Source: Bacteroidia bacterium (GTDB lineage Bacteria; Bacteroidota; Bacteroidia; NS11-12g; UBA955). From it: a DNA stretch of 64,000 nucleotides. The notes under the pieces were generated by a model, which ran no database searches, was not told the DNA's origin, and saw only the letters and a list, made by a program, of their open reading frames with translations. A program made the position numbers and the translations under genes. Positions 40,701 to 52,400 of this stretch are shown here, piece after piece; the first letter of the stretch is position 1, and every line of letters begins with the position of its first letter. The DNA is taken from NCBI GenBank assembly GCA_023653095.1, contig JAMNXP010000008.1:22922-86921 (forward strand). The letters are read 5' to 3'.

Positions 40701-43700
40701 GGATGTGGTGATAGCGTCACCAAAGTGGTTCGTGTGAATCCAAATCCAAGAGTACATTTCAATGCAGATTTGTATCAACAGTGTTGGCACAGCAATTTGA
40801 CTCAGTTTACAGACAGCAGTGAATCAAATTTGAAAGGAAGGTCAACCTTGACTAATGCTTGGAATTTTGGCGATAGTTTGACTTCGGCGTCAGCGAATCC
40901 CCAGAAAACATATCAGTGGTATGGAGTAAAAACCATACAATTGATTGCTACAAACGATGAAGGTTGTTCTGACACGGTAAAGCGAAGTATTGAGATCAAA
41001 CCTGAGCCTATTGCAAAGTTTAAAATTGACAATTCGGCGCAATGCGTCAACGACAATGAGTTCAATTTCTTGGATACAACATTGACGCGTCAGCGAGGTG
41101 GAACTCATACGGTGAGTTGGAAGTTTGCCGATGGAGATACAAGCAGTTTGAAGTCGTTTGCACGCAGCAAGAATCAAGTGGGAACCTTGGGTATGAAGAT
41201 GATTGCCACTAGTGAGTTTGGATGTCAAGATAGTATTGAGAAGTCTATCAGATTATTTGCGAAACCTCAGGCGGTGGTGAAATATTTAAGTCAAGATTCT
41301 TGTTTGAGCACTAAGGCCAAATTGCAAGCAGTAAACGCAGCTGGAAATGGAATCAGAACGGCTACATGGAGTTATGATGACGGTACGGGTTCTACGGGGG
41401 TAAACGCAAGCAAGAAATACACTAATACAGGCATTAAAAAGGTGGTGTTGAATTTGGAGAATACCAATTATTGTAGAGATACCGTTGAATTTAAATACAC
41501 GGTGAGAGCTAATCCGAAGAGTTATTTTGTTGCTTCGAAGTACTCACTGTGTGAACGTGGTAATTTGGTGGTATTCAAGGATTCATCGAATGCCGTTGAG
41601 GGACAAATTGATAGTTTGGTTTGGGATTTCAATAATGGGGTTAGATTGGGTAAGATAGGAAAAGACACCGCTCATTATTCTTTTGGTGTAGCAAGAGTTT
41701 ACACGGTAAAGCAAGTGGCTGTGAATTCATTTGGTTGTCAAGATTCATCGACCCAAAAGGTAACGATTTTAGCAAATCCTGATGCCGACTTTGACATTGA
41801 TCAAAATTCTCAGTGTTTATCTGGAAATGCATTTACCCTTACAAACAATACCAATCCGAACAATGGTAATTCCGCGATGAATTTCTTCTGGAGTTTTGGT
41901 GATAGTACAAATAGTTCCTCTAAAAATCCGAAGAAAACTTATGCATTTGATGGAACTAAGGCCATTCGATTGATTGCCTCCAACAGCGATGGTTGTTTAG
42001 ATACCATTGATAAAACCGTATTGGTTCGACCTCAGCCTAAAGCTAAGTTTGCCATTAACACGGTGAATCAGTGCGTGAACGCGCAATCGTATGTCTTCAC
42101 TGATCAGTCAACGGTTAAAAGTGGTGGTGGGTCATTATCGAGAGTCTGGAATTTAGGTGATGGCACGGTATCAAATCAAACAATCGTCAATGGAGTTAAT
42201 TACAAGTCGGCGGGAGTATACACGGTGAAATTGACTTCAAGAACTACGTTTAATTGCATAGATACAGTTATTCAGCAAATCAGGGTCTTCCCTAAACCTA
42301 CGGTTGCATTTACGGTAAATCAAGATACTCAGTGTTTGGTTGGAAATGCGTATAGTTTCAACAATACCTCGACCATTGCAACTGGAGGTGGAACTTTGGC
42401 TTATGCATGGACCTTCGGAAATGGCGGAAGCAGCAGTAATACTCATCCAACATTATCTTACGGTCAATATGGAAGTTATATCGTGGAATTGAAAGCTACT
42501 TCTTCGAATGGATGTATAGAAATCTTGAAGAAGAACATAGCTGTTGTGGCAAATCCCTCGGTGAATTTTGTTTTTAGCACTGCTGACAAACAATGTAAGA
42601 GTGTGAATGCATTTAAAATGACCAATCAAACAAATCTTTTGAACGGTCTCTCAGCAAAATACACATGGAACTATGGCGACAATAGCAGCTCATCTGGGGT
42701 GGATGGTTCTAGAACGTATTCACAATCAGGAAATTATTCAGTTAAACTATTGGCGGTGAATTCAAATGGTTGCACAGACAGTGTTTCTAAAACCTTAACC
42801 GTTTATCCAGATCCTGTGGCTGACTTCAGCATCAATCAATCAGGACAATGTATCAACGATCAATTATTTGACTTTAAGAACAATTCCTCAGTAGCGTTTG
42901 GGGGAGGAACATTGAGTCAAATTTGGAATAGCAATGATTCATTGATCTCAACGGCTCAAAATATCACTGCTACCTTCAAGGAGGTTAAGTCATATTCGAT
43001 TAAAATGGTGAGCCTTTCTTCTTTAGGATGTAAAGATTCTTTAAGTAAGAATATTGTGGTATACCCGAAACCACAAGCTGATTTTGCCATCAATAATTCT
43101 CAACAGTGTTTGCAAAATAACAAGTTTGATTATACCAATAACAGTAAAATCAGTTCGGGTAGTTTGAATTATGTTTGGTCATATGGAGACGCAAGCGGAT
43201 CTACTGCGGTTAGTCCAACAAAGAATTATTCAGCATACGGAAGTTACACCGTTAAGTTGATGTCTATTTCAGGGTTTGGGTGTAAAGATTCGGTAATTAA
43301 AACTGTAAAGGTGCATTCACAGCCAACGGTTCAGTTTAGTTTGTCTGATACAGCATCTTGCTTGTATCAAAATCAATTTAACTTCAATAACCAAAGCAGC
43401 AATGCCGATGGCTCAAGCTTAAATCATACTTGGTTATATAGCGATGGAACTTCACAGAGTTCTTTGAATTCGGTGAAGTCTTTCTCAAATTCTGGTCGTT
43501 ATTTGGTTAAGCTTCGCACACAATCAAGTTTTGGTTGTAGTGATAGTATGGTTAAATGGGTGAGGGTTTATCCGCAGCCACTGCCATCTTTTAGTTTGGT
43601 TAAAGCCAATCAATGTTTGAACAACAACTCCTTCGAAGTGCAAAACGCAACAACCGTTGCTACCGAAGGTGGATCATTGAGCTATGTTTGGGATTTTGGT

Positions 43701-46403
43701 GATGGAAGTTCTTCAACAAGTAAAAATCCAAAGTGGAGCTTCGGAAAAGCAGATACTTATACCGTTTTCATGAAGGTGAAAAGTTCTTTCAATTGCATTG
43801 ATAGCTTGAAGAAAGCAGCTGTGGTTCATCCTGAGCCTACGGTTGATTTTAATTTTGTAAAATCAGGCGCACAAACTGGATTAGATACCGTTCAATGTTT
43901 GAATACGAATTTGTTCCAATTGAATAATTTGGCCACTGTTAGTTCGGGAACTTTGACCCATCAATGGAGTTTCGGAAATGGTCAAAATTCTGTAGGTTTG
44001 AATCCGCAGATCAAGTACAATTCTGATGGCAAATACCGAATCAGATTGATTTCAATCACCAATTTTGGTTGCAGAGATTCTTCTTTTGAGACCGTATCTG
44101 TTTACCCTGATCCAGATGCTGATTTCACCATCAACGATGTGGATCAATGTTTCCGGGGACATGAATTTGTGTTTGATAATACATCCAAAATCAAGTCAGG
44201 CAATTTGAGTTATGATTGGTTATTGGGTGATGGTTCGGTTTCATCAACTTCCAATATTCGTAAATCATATAACCAATTTGGGCAATATGCAGTGAAATTA
44301 TTGGCCACTTCTAACAAAGGTTGCAGAGATTCAATGAGTAAGAATGTTCGAGTTTATGCTCAACCTAAAGCAGCTTTTGTGACCAATGATTCTATTCAGT
44401 GTTTCAATAACAATGATTACATTTTTGAGAATAAGTCGAGTATTGGATTTGGAACGGTTGTGAGTTTATGGAGTTTTGGGGATGCCAATTTCTCTACCTC
44501 ACAGTTGGGACGACACGAATATAAAAAGGCGGGTAACTATAAAGTTCGATTGATTTCAACTTCTGCTTTTGGATGCGCTGATACATTTACCAATAGCGTG
44601 AAGGTTACAGAAATCCCCAAAATCTCTTTCACCATGAATTCATCAGCTATGTGTGAACGCGGAAATCAATTTGTGGCTGACAATTCTTCTACTTATAGTG
44701 GAATTGAGGCTGTTACCTATATTTGGAAACTTACCGATGGATTCGTTGATTCCTCGGCTTATTTCAATTACAGCTTCGCTAAGTCAGGTAACTTTGGAAT
44801 TAAGTTGATAGGTGTAACCACTGAAGGTTGTGCTGATTCAATTTCAAAAAATGTGAGGGTATATCCTCAAGGAGTTTCCAATGTGCGCATTTTAGATACT
44901 ATACAATGTTTGTATGGCAATGATTTCAGTTTCGGAAATGATTCAAAAGTGACTGGTGCCTCATTCTCTATCATGTCTTGGAACTTTGGGGATGGTATCA
45001 TTGATACTGCATATAGAACCGAACCTATTTCGCATTCATACAACGATACAGGTGTATATCAGGTAGAGTTAATAACCACTACTGAGCATTTATGTACAGA
45101 TATCAGCAAGGGTTTTGTAAGGGTAGTGCCAATGCCATCAGCTAAATTAAGCTTGAACCAATACGGATATTGTTTCAACGAACAACAGTTTGAGTTGGTA
45201 GACGTTTCCGAAAAAGATTCAACTTTTTCAAATCGTTGGATTTACGGAAATACGGAATCAGATAATCTAGATACTTTACGTCCAACTTTTGAAAGAGTGG
45301 GTAAATACAGGGTCAGATTGGTTGAATACACAAGTTATGGTTGCACTGACACCACTGAGAAATTGTTGGTAGTGAATAAAATACCGATGGCCCGAATAGC
45401 GGTGAATATCAACGAACAATGTCTAGAAAAAAATGAGTTTTTATTCAGGAATGTTTCTTTAGATGCCGATGAGCCTATGGAATTCTGGGATTTTGGTGAT
45501 GGTGCCTTTGGATCTGGAAATGAAGTAATCCAAACCTACAATGAATCAGGTGATTTTGAAGTGGTGTTGGTAGTTGAAAATGATTCTAATTGTTTAGATA
45601 CTGCCATGCTTACGGTGAGAGTGAATCCAACACCCGAAGCAGCTTTGTTGATAGATCCAAGTTGCGAAGGTCAACCAGTTAACATTGCATCGGGTGCCTC
45701 AATTTCTGATGGATTTATCAATCAGTATGAATGGAACATGGGAGATGGAAGAAACTACTTCTTTGAACAACCAGAGCATACTTATAAAAAACCTGGAAAA
45801 TACTACATAACTTTAGCAATGACATCAGATCAAGGTTGTTATGCCAAATATTTAGACTCAACCAACGTGTATGAAAATCCCTTTGCCGAAATGGCTGCAT
45901 TTACATACAGAGCTACCATTTTAAAGCCGCAGGTATACTTTTTAGATGCTAGTGGTAATGCAGTTTCTTATGAATGGGATTTTGGAGATGGATCTGATTT
46001 TGCCTATGATTATGAAGCTTATCATGATTATACCGATACAGGATTGTACAATACTCGCTTAGTAGTGTCTTCAGTGGATGGTTGTTACGATACTACTTAT
46101 TCAAAAGTGCGGGTTTGGCCAGACTTTAACATCTTGTTACCCACGGCATTTTCGCCCAATGGTGATTTAAGTAACGACGTCTACCGAATAAGAGGAAATC
46201 ACCATTCCATAGATATTGCCGAATGGCAAATTTATACCAATGATGGTATCAAAGTTTTTGAATCAAATGATATTACTGACTCTTGGGATGGCACCTTTAA
46301 GGATCAGCCACTCCCTATGGGTAATTACCAATTGGTGTTGATTGTGAAAGATATATTTGGCAAACAAGCTCAGTTTAACGAAAAAATTAGTTTAGTAAGA
46401 TGA
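34701..46403 (+). CDS. Giant PKD-repeat surface protein with type-B (gliding-motility-associated) CTD
   Basis: More than 40 units of about 85 aa with WxFGDG and GCxD; C-terminal PTAFSPNGDLSND...WDG...ISLVR. Confidence 0.92.
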   Translation: MNVHSIKSNYRTNRFVKVAILLLFLMHVGRAFSAGSTDSCRGLILGANVNSDICFNSGSGFTNSTQDTLNYSISHSWKFDGTELSTLAVPQIGSLAVGSYTVVYRVTNAVGCWKADTFALNIVDLPTSLVTVNDASQCDNKNEFILESVSTVPSGAGTITGSDWNYGDATTGSGDSVAHTYTSNVGLLTVVHTVTTSYGCEDTSQIKLTVLQGPTAKFTIDTVNNCLRGNEFGFTENSTAGDASKKEYTWSITEKSSQTKTTSSRFTESFGTVGVKTVKLLVEDNNGCLDSMTKTLEVHIHPTANFSVNDTAQCLKGNSFVLSSSSISNVTNAALTNYWDFKDGSNSTSANPSKTYASSGRREVELIVTNDKGCSDTTVGVAHSYQDPDVKFTIDDSTQCFDTHKYKLTNTTQNFASSINYTWSFGDSSTSVAFNAVKVYSFTGRKQVSLIGVDSRGCRDTFSEGVYTVPMPKALATVNDADQCDNSNLFILETNSTVPAGAGSISSTWNFGNGATSAGDSVGYHYSTLTGNVTVIHTVTSSYGCIDTNQIKLKVFNGPIAKFTIDTVNNCLRGNTFGFTENSTVGDASKKSFTWNFDGFSPLTRLVSSRFTQGFLAAGSQNIKLMVEDNNGCKDSITKSVIVQNHPIALISKIGADSCQDIASKFNVVDLKAPKPVGVSWLFSDNQTFTDSIITVSFSFDGQKSARAIVTNAVGCRDTAIRVFKVYRNPVANFKFTDSAVCLRGNEVEINQTSSNVHGTLSTATWNFGDGSGVTQNNAATFKKSYSSAGTYTVKMIYTNSLGCGDTLTKLVTVLPMPKAQFAWVDSLQCRTGNGFSAINQSKSNVTGHTLNYVWDFGDSTSSTLANPSLSYAYDGTKTVRLSVNSSEGCKDTFISQVIVYPQPRVGFTINDVDQCVNNDVFAFNDTSKVITGGGTLSRLWNLGDGGSANTLSPTRSYSSSGNRNIKLVVTTSNGCKDSVSKSITVFAKPESRFSKLNPDSCLNTTWNFRVRDALSTTMTSVAWTVSGSTNYSDSLISHHFSTNGTHTVGLIIGNADGCFDTASHQVRVFKNPVASYTVDDSAQCFAVNYFKFQVGSTSPNGLSLKHSWDFGDTSGSSALKPVKVFASIGRRSVYLKSTDTRGCADSFRQDIYVAPYPVSNFTIKDSVQCENHNLYVFEDASSILSGGGSLSSQWIYGDNTTASGDSVAHNYATKTGYIKVQHKSISSYGCRDSSIQTVHVRKGPDAVIGLDTVLYCIRGNEFGATDLSVKGEGNKTKFTWTWGDGNVDVKSTPSRFTYSYANTGTYTIKLLVEDQYSCIDSISKSTTVHPNPTAQFAIVDSLQCFNANSFSFAQQSTSNTTNSVLSYAWTFGDGGTSTVSSPTHSYSVYGSRDLQLRVTNVFGCKDTFDSKARVYSLPVVKFTVNDSTQCENNQLFNYQDLSSIPSGEGNISRNWTLGDGSQSTASDFSYRYSGHDTVIVKLVQTSSFGCKDSLSKRIEVLRKPQIRFAKIGADSCRNTPSKFKAWDADVVKPLSVSWLFSDNQTFNDSIITASFAVEGQKSLRVIVGNSSGCTDTINRIFNVYENPHAGFFITDSALCFRGNEFEFNDTTSINNGTVSQLIWDFGDGKSQTKTTNAAVYNRYADTGNYTVKLRITNTLGCGDTITRKLRVLPQPKAVFTHADSLQCRTNNSFEFNNNSVSNSSTTSLTYDWRFGDSTTSASLSPVKSYVYDGVKNLILYVENGEGCRDTFNSTLEVYPQSVVDFSINDVDQCENNNLFQFTGNSTTGARGGYLYSKWIFGDGATDTSRNTSHRYTAHANHQVKLVVTTFYGCKDSISKGVTVFKKPTGLYTKITKDSCLNNSHSFKVEDLDQPTMTSVTWEFNDGVNFTDSIINRTFVADGQKSANLYVQNANGCFDSIYPKFRIYDNPIANFTRKDTFLCLEGNNFELTSTATSKYGSLNHYKWEFGDGQTGASKNFNHSYIDSGYYDITYRVVNTLGCGDSVTKVVRVNPNPRVHFNADLYQQCWHSNLTQFTDSSESNLKGRSTLTNAWNFGDSLTSASANPQKTYQWYGVKTIQLIATNDEGCSDTVKRSIEIKPEPIAKFKIDNSAQCVNDNEFNFLDTTLTRQRGGTHTVSWKFADGDTSSLKSFARSKNQVGTLGMKMIATSEFGCQDSIEKSIRLFAKPQAVVKYLSQDSCLSTKAKLQAVNAAGNGIRTATWSYDDGTGSTGVNASKKYTNTGIKKVVLNLENTNYCRDTVEFKYTVRANPKSYFVASKYSLCERGNLVVFKDSSNAVEGQIDSLVWDFNNGVRLGKIGKDTAHYSFGVARVYTVKQVAVNSFGCQDSSTQKVTILANPDADFDIDQNSQCLSGNAFTLTNNTNPNNGNSAMNFFWSFGDSTNSSSKNPKKTYAFDGTKAIRLIASNSDGCLDTIDKTVLVRPQPKAKFAINTVNQCVNAQSYVFTDQSTVKSGGGSLSRVWNLGDGTVSNQTIVNGVNYKSAGVYTVKLTSRTTFNCIDTVIQQIRVFPKPTVAFTVNQDTQCLVGNAYSFNNTSTIATGGGTLAYAWTFGNGGSSSNTHPTLSYGQYGSYIVELKATSSNGCIEILKKNIAVVANPSVNFVFSTADKQCKSVNAFKMTNQTNLLNGLSAKYTWNYGDNSSSSGVDGSRTYSQSGNYSVKLLAVNSNGCTDSVSKTLTVYPDPVADFSINQSGQCINDQLFDFKNNSSVAFGGGTLSQIWNSNDSLISTAQNITATFKEVKSYSIKMVSLSSLGCKDSLSKNIVVYPKPQADFAINNSQQCLQNNKFDYTNNSKISSGSLNYVWSYGDASGSTAVSPTKNYSAYGSYTVKLMSISGFGCKDSVIKTVKVHSQPTVQFSLSDTASCLYQNQFNFNNQSSNADGSSLNHTWLYSDGTSQSSLNSVKSFSNSGRYLVKLRTQSSFGCSDSMVKWVRVYPQPLPSFSLVKANQCLNNNSFEVQNATTVATEGGSLSYVWDFGDGSSSTSKNPKWSFGKADTYTVFMKVKSSFNCIDSLKKAAVVHPEPTVDFNFVKSGAQTGLDTVQCLNTNLFQLNNLATVSSGTLTHQWSFGNGQNSVGLNPQIKYNSDGKYRIRLISITNFGCRDSSFETVSVYPDPDADFTINDVDQCFRGHEFVFDNTSKIKSGNLSYDWLLGDGSVSSTSNIRKSYNQFGQYAVKLLATSNKGCRDSMSKNVRVYAQPKAAFVTNDSIQCFNNNDYIFENKSSIGFGTVVSLWSFGDANFSTSQLGRHEYKKAGNYKVRLISTSAFGCADTFTNSVKVTEIPKISFTMNSSAMCERGNQFVADNSSTYSGIEAVTYIWKLTDGFVDSSAYFNYSFAKSGNFGIKLIGVTTEGCADSISKNVRVYPQGVSNVRILDTIQCLYGNDFSFGNDSKVTGASFSIMSWNFGDGIIDTAYRTEPISHSYNDTGVYQVELITTTEHLCTDISKGFVRVVPMPSAKLSLNQYGYCFNEQQFELVDVSEKDSTFSNRWIYGNTESDNLDTLRPTFERVGKYRVRLVEYTSYGCTDTTEKLLVVNKIPMARIAVNINEQCLEKNEFLFRNVSLDADEPMEFWDFGDGAFGSGNEVIQTYNESGDFEVVLVVENDSNCLDTAMLTVRVNPTPEAALLIDPSCEGQPVNIASGASISDGFINQYEWNMGDGRNYFFEQPEHTYKKPGKYYITLAMTSDQGCYAKYLDSTNVYENPFAEMAAFTYRATILKPQVYFLDASGNAVSYEWDFGDGSDFAYDYEAYHDYTDTGLYNTRLVVSSVDGCYDTTYSKVRVWPDFNILLPTAFSPNGDLSNDVYRIRGNHHSIDIAEWQIYTNDGIKVFESNDITDSWDGTFKDQPLPMGNYQLVLIVKDIFGKQAQFNEKISLVR

Positions 46404-49400
46404 GAAAAGCATTAATTTTTAGCCTCTTTTCAACGCTGTTGGGATATGCTTTTTCTCAAAGTTTACCCGTTTTGTCTTTGCAAAGCAAGACGGATATTAG
46501 TTGTAACGGACTTTCCAACGGACAAGTTGTTTTTTCGGTTTCAGGTGGAAGAGGACCCCTAGTATTTTCACTGAATGGGGTGAATCAGTCATCAGGAACA
46601 TTCTCAGGGCTAAACGCTGGTGGTTTTAAGTTTTTTGTTACAGATAGCGTTGGTGCTCAAGATTCTCTGGTTGTTTCATTGACGGAGCCCAATAAATTAG
46701 TTGCTCAATTCACGGTATCTCAACCCAGTTGCAAGTATAAATCGGATGGTTCTATACAAACCAATATTACTGGAGGAACTGGGAATAAGAGTATTAAGTG
46801 GACAGATTCTGCAGGTTTTACGGCAAGCACAGTTAACCTCAGTTATTTACCCGAGGGGAAGTACTTTCTCAGAATCACTGATGCCAATGGATGCAAGCTT
46901 GATACAATGGTTGCGTTGGAACATTCGGTGAAAATAGGATTATCAATTACCACTAATGACATTACATGTAATGGATTAATCAATGGCACGGCTGTAGTAA
47001 ATGTTTTAGGAACAGGAACTTCTTATTCCCAAGTATGGACAGGCCCCAATGCATATTCCTCAACGTTGAAGTCCATTTCAAGTTTGTCCGCAGGAAGTTA
47101 TTTGGTTAAAGTCACCGAAACCGTTTCAGGTTGTAGTGCATTGATGTCTGCTACCATCGTAAATCCAACTAAACTAAAAGTAGAAATCACAGCAATTAGA
47201 GCGGCTTTGTGTAACAGTTCGTCTGATGGACAGATGAATATAAAAGTAACCGGTGGTAGAGAGCCTTATTTATATTCATGGTCTGGCCCCAATAGTTATT
47301 TTTCAAGTAAATCAAATATTTCTGATGCGGCTGCTGGTACTTATATCATTTCTACTACTGATTCTAGTGGATGTTCAGCAGCTGATACGGGTATTTTAAA
47401 TGAGCCTGCTGCTTTAAGCATTATACCTACTATCACTGATGTAAGGTGTTTTGGGCAATCTAACGGACAAATCAATCTGAATGTGAATGGAGGTGTTAAA
47501 CCATATGCTTACAGCTGGTCAAATTCGCAATCTACCAAAGACATTACCACGTTATCTTCGGGCGTATATGGCTTGACATTGGTAGATAGTAATGGATGTA
47601 AACTCACTCGTAATTACAGCGTTTCAAGTCCCACAAAACTAGAATTATCATACAATAGCAACTCTGTTAAATGCAACGGTGGAAGTGATGGAAGTATTAC
47701 CTTATTGGCTACTGGGGGATCTTTCCCATGGAGTTACAAAGTATCAGGTCCCTCTAGTTACCTTTCAACTTCTGTAACCAACAAGAATTTGGTTGCAGGA
47801 ACTTACAGTCTGATGTTGACTGACAATAACGGTTGCAAAGATTCGGAAGTAGTAAATATTACTCAACCAAATAAGCTCATTGCAGTGCATACAACCACAC
47901 AGCCCTTATGCTTTGGATTGAAAGGTGGGATGAGTTTGAATGTTAGTGGGGGAACTTCTCCTTATTCTTATGAATGGTTGGATGGAAATTCAGCACTTTA
48001 TTCAGCCACTCAAAACGTAATTTCTGCTGACGTTGGGAAGTATACTTACACTGTAATTGATGCGAATCAATGCAATTTTTCAGATACTTTGAGCATTTAC
48101 CAACCCGCAGAATTGAATCTTAAATTGAAGTCAACTACTTTACCTGTTTGTATCAAAGACATGACTGGTTCTGCTTCTTTGGGATGTTTGGGCGGTGTAC
48201 GTCCTTATAATTTTCAAATCAACTCTAGTTCTTTAGTAACAGACTCCTTATTCAAGAATTTGGGAGTGGGTAGTTATGTAGTTACTGTCAAAGATAAAAA
48301 TGCCTGCATTGATACGGTGTCATTTGCATTAAAGAATAACGATAGTCAAAAACCAACCGTAGTTCTTAAAAATATTACCAGATACCTGAACAATTCAGGT
48401 AAGGTTACAGTGTCAGTGTCTGAAGTGGAACAGAATATCTCCGATAATTGTGAATTGAAGACGGTTAGCCTGTCAAAAACAGACTTTGATTGCAGCAATT
48501 TAGGAATAAATACGGTTCAGGTTACGGCTGTAGATGCATCCGGAAATTCTCAATCAAATAACTGCACCATCACTGTCTTAGATACAATTAAGCCGGTTCT
48601 AAAGGCTCAATCTGTGAATGTGTATCTGAATGCTTCAGGCAAAGGAAGTATTTCTGCATCGCAAGCAAATAACGGAAGTTCTGATAATTGTTCTATTGCT
48701 CAATATGCACTAGCCAAAACGCAATTTGATTGTTCAAACTTGGGGAGTAATTCAGTGTTGTTCAGTGCCACTGACGGCAGTGGAAATAGCAGTTCAGCGC
48801 AAGTCCAAATTCAGGTTCAGGATACACTAAAACCTGTTTTAAAATACAAGAACATCATAGTTTTCTTGAACTCATCGGGATCAGTGAGTATAACTCCAGC
48901 AGATGTAGATGATGGAAGTACAGATAATTGTCAAATTTCAAAATACGAAATCAGTCAATCTACCTTCAATTGCAACAATCTAGGAACAAATTTTATTGAT
49001 TTTAAAATCTACGATCCTGCACAAAATGTAAGTAGCCAATCGGTGAGGGTTACCGTTCAAGATTCCTTCAAGCCAGTATCTAAAACCAAGCCCGTAACAT
49101 TGCATTTGAACCAATACGGATTCTCAGTACTGTCCCCATCAGATTTAGATGATGGAAGTACTGATAATTGCAAGATTGCCACACGTTCTATTTCGCAGTC
49201 GGTTTTCACGTGCGGTAACTTAGGGTCAAATTTGGTGGGTTATACTTTGACCGATCCATCTGGAAATACTAATTCCACGCAAGTTTCAGTTACGGTTAAA
49301 GATACGTCCAAACCCATCAATAAAGTAAGAAACGGCATCGCTTATCTTGATAAAAACGGATTTGCCGTTACCACTTATTTTGATATTGATAACGGTACTT

Positions 49401-52400
49401 CAGATAACTGTGGAGTCGATAAAATTAGCTTAAGTAAAGATCGATTTACTTGTCAAGATTTGGGGCAGAATACTATAGATTTTACCAGTTACGATAAGTC
49501 TGGAAACTCATCGGTTTCGGTCGTGAATATTAACGTATTAGATACGGTAAAGCCGGTGTTGAGGGCATCTAATAGAACCGTTGTATTGGATTCAACGGGT
49601 AGATTTTCAGTGACCCCCATGTATTTTGATGATGGTAGTTATGATAATTGCAAAATTACCAAGCGCACCCTTACTCAATCATCATTTGATTGCTCTGATG
49701 TGGGTAATAAATTAATCATTTATACCATTTCTGATACTTCTGGTAACAGCTCTCTAGCCATTCTGAATGTGAGTATTTTAGATACACTAGCACCTAGGAT
49801 TTTTGTTGAAAATAAGACGGTTTATTTAGATTCCCAAGGTAGGACTAATTTATCAGTTAGTGCCTTTGCGTCAAAATGTTATGACAACTGCTCAATTTCT
49901 CAACTTTACCTTTCTGACTCTACCTATGATTGTTCTGAACGAGGTACTCGCGTAGTTCAATTAATTGCTACTGACCCAAGTGGAAATAGGGCAGTAAAAT
50001 CGTTCTTGGTAAATGTTTTGGATACATTGTCGCCTGAGGTCTTCACCAAAACAGCAACTATTTACATTGATACAGCGGGTAGGGCTACTTTATCAGTGCA
50101 GCAAGTTTTAGATTCCTTATATGAAAACTGTGGAAGTGCGCAAGTTTACTTGACTCAAAATGAATTTGGAATCAAAGACATCGGTGAAAATTTTGTTTTT
50201 GCCTACGCTTTTGACCAAGCCGGGAATAGATCTAAAAACATCTATGCTAAGGTCAATGTTGAAATTGGAGATGCAGATAGAGATAGCATTCCTGATTACA
50301 TTGAAGGTTCCCAAGATTTTGATGGTGATGGTGTACCCAACTACCGCGACCATGATTCTGATAACGACGGTGTTTTGGACCGTTTTGAAAATAGCGGATT
50401 GAGGATATTGTTGGATTTAGATCAAGATGGATTCTACAATGTTTATGATGTAGATACTGATGGTGATCAAATTTACGATGTTGCAGAGGTCAACGGTTTT
50501 GATCCAGACCAAAATGGAACTGTTGGAATTGGAAGAGTTACTGTAAATAACAGAGGAATTCCAGTTCTGGCTAGTGGAGGAGATGGATACGGTTTAATGG
50601 ATACTGACGGTGATGGTATTGCTGATTATAAAGATGTAGATTCTGACCAAGATGGTATTTCAGACAAGACTGAGAACTTTGGAAAACGTGAATTTGTAGA
50701 TTCTGATGGCGATGGAAAACCCAATTTTAGAGATGAAGATTCTGATGCGGATGGAATCTCTGATTTGATTGAAACAATTGATGATTTCGATAGAGATGGT
50801 ACTTCTAACTACCTCGACAGAGATTCAGACAATGACCAAATTTTAGATCTTTTTGAAACCAACAACGATGAAGACGGTGACGGTTTTGGGAATTATTTGG
50901 ACTTAGATTCTGATGCTGATGGAATTTACGATGATCTAGAAGGTGAGCAAGACCTTGATAAAGACGGCAAAGGCAACTGGATTGACAAAGATTCTGATAA
51001 TGATGGTATTCCTGATAATTTAGAGGGCAATGACGATACCGATTCTGATGGAACTCCTGACTTTAAAGATCCTGATAGTGATAATGATGGTATTCTCGAT
51101 TGGATAGAAGCCATTCCATTTGACTCCAACGGTATACCAGCAGATAGTGATTCAGACGGTGAATTTGATTTTAGGGATTTTGATAGTGACAATGATGGTA
51201 TTGTTGATTACGACGAGGGGTACCCTAATATACCAGACACTGATGGAGATGGTATACCTGATTATAGAGATGACGACAGTGATAACGATGGAGTTTTAGA
51301 TTTCCTTGAAGGCAATAAAGACACTGATAATGACGGTTTAATTGATGCCATTGATCCTGATTCTGACGACGATGGTATTCAAGACGTCATTGAAGGATAT
51401 GCTGATTTGGATGGCGACGGAATCGTAAACTCACTGGATTTAGATTCCGATAACGATGGAATTAACGACATCATGGAAGCTGGGGGTATTGATTTAGACG
51501 GTAATGGAATGCTAGATACCCTCGAAGTATTAGTTCCAGTTGATGCAGATGGCGATGGAATTCTCAATCAAAATGACATTGATTCTGATGGTGATGGCAT
51601 CTACGATATCGTTGAAACTGGATTGTTCTACACAGATTTGAATGGCGATGGTAGAGTTGACGGCATAGACACCGATCGTGATGGCATTCAAGATGAAGCA
51701 GACGGAATTTCCGGGGTTTTTGGTGACTTATATGATAAGGACGCCGTAGATACTGACAGCGATGGAATCAGAGATTTTGAAGATCTTGATTCTGACGATG
51801 ATGGTATAGATGATGAAATAGAAACATCTGATGATTATGATTTCGATGGGTTGCCAAATTATTTAGATGATGACAGTGACAGTGATGAAATTAGTGATTT
51901 ACAGGAAACCGCTTTTGATAATGATGGTGATGGGGTAGAGAACTTCCTTGATTTAGACTCAGATGGCGATTCAATTACAGACCTTATTGAAACGCAATCT
52001 GATTATGATGGCGATGGAGTTCCAAATTACTTAGACTTAGATTCTGACAATGACGAAATGCCCGATTCAGAAGAAGGTGAAATTGATAATGATAAGAACT
52101 CTTTTGCTGACTTTGTAGATCCGCACACCTTTGTGCCTGAAATTTTCACCCCTAACAGCGATGGGGTAAATGATGTTCTCTTTATTAGAGGACTTAAAAA
52201 CTTCCCCGATGCATCTTTGGTTGTATTCAATCAATGGGGTATGATTGTTTTCGATAGTAAAGGCAAATATATGAATGATTGGGACGGTACTTTTAGAGGC
52301 GAATCAAGTAGTACAATTCTAGAAAAACTTCCAGAAGGAGTGTATTTCTATATTTTAAATCACAATAGAACGGATTCTCCGCAGTTCAACAAACCTCAAA

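Noticed and set aside
36654-52230. Numerous 60-125 aa antisense or alternate-frame ORFs within the giant adhesins
   Set aside because: Shadow ORFs of repetitive coding sequence with no independent signals.
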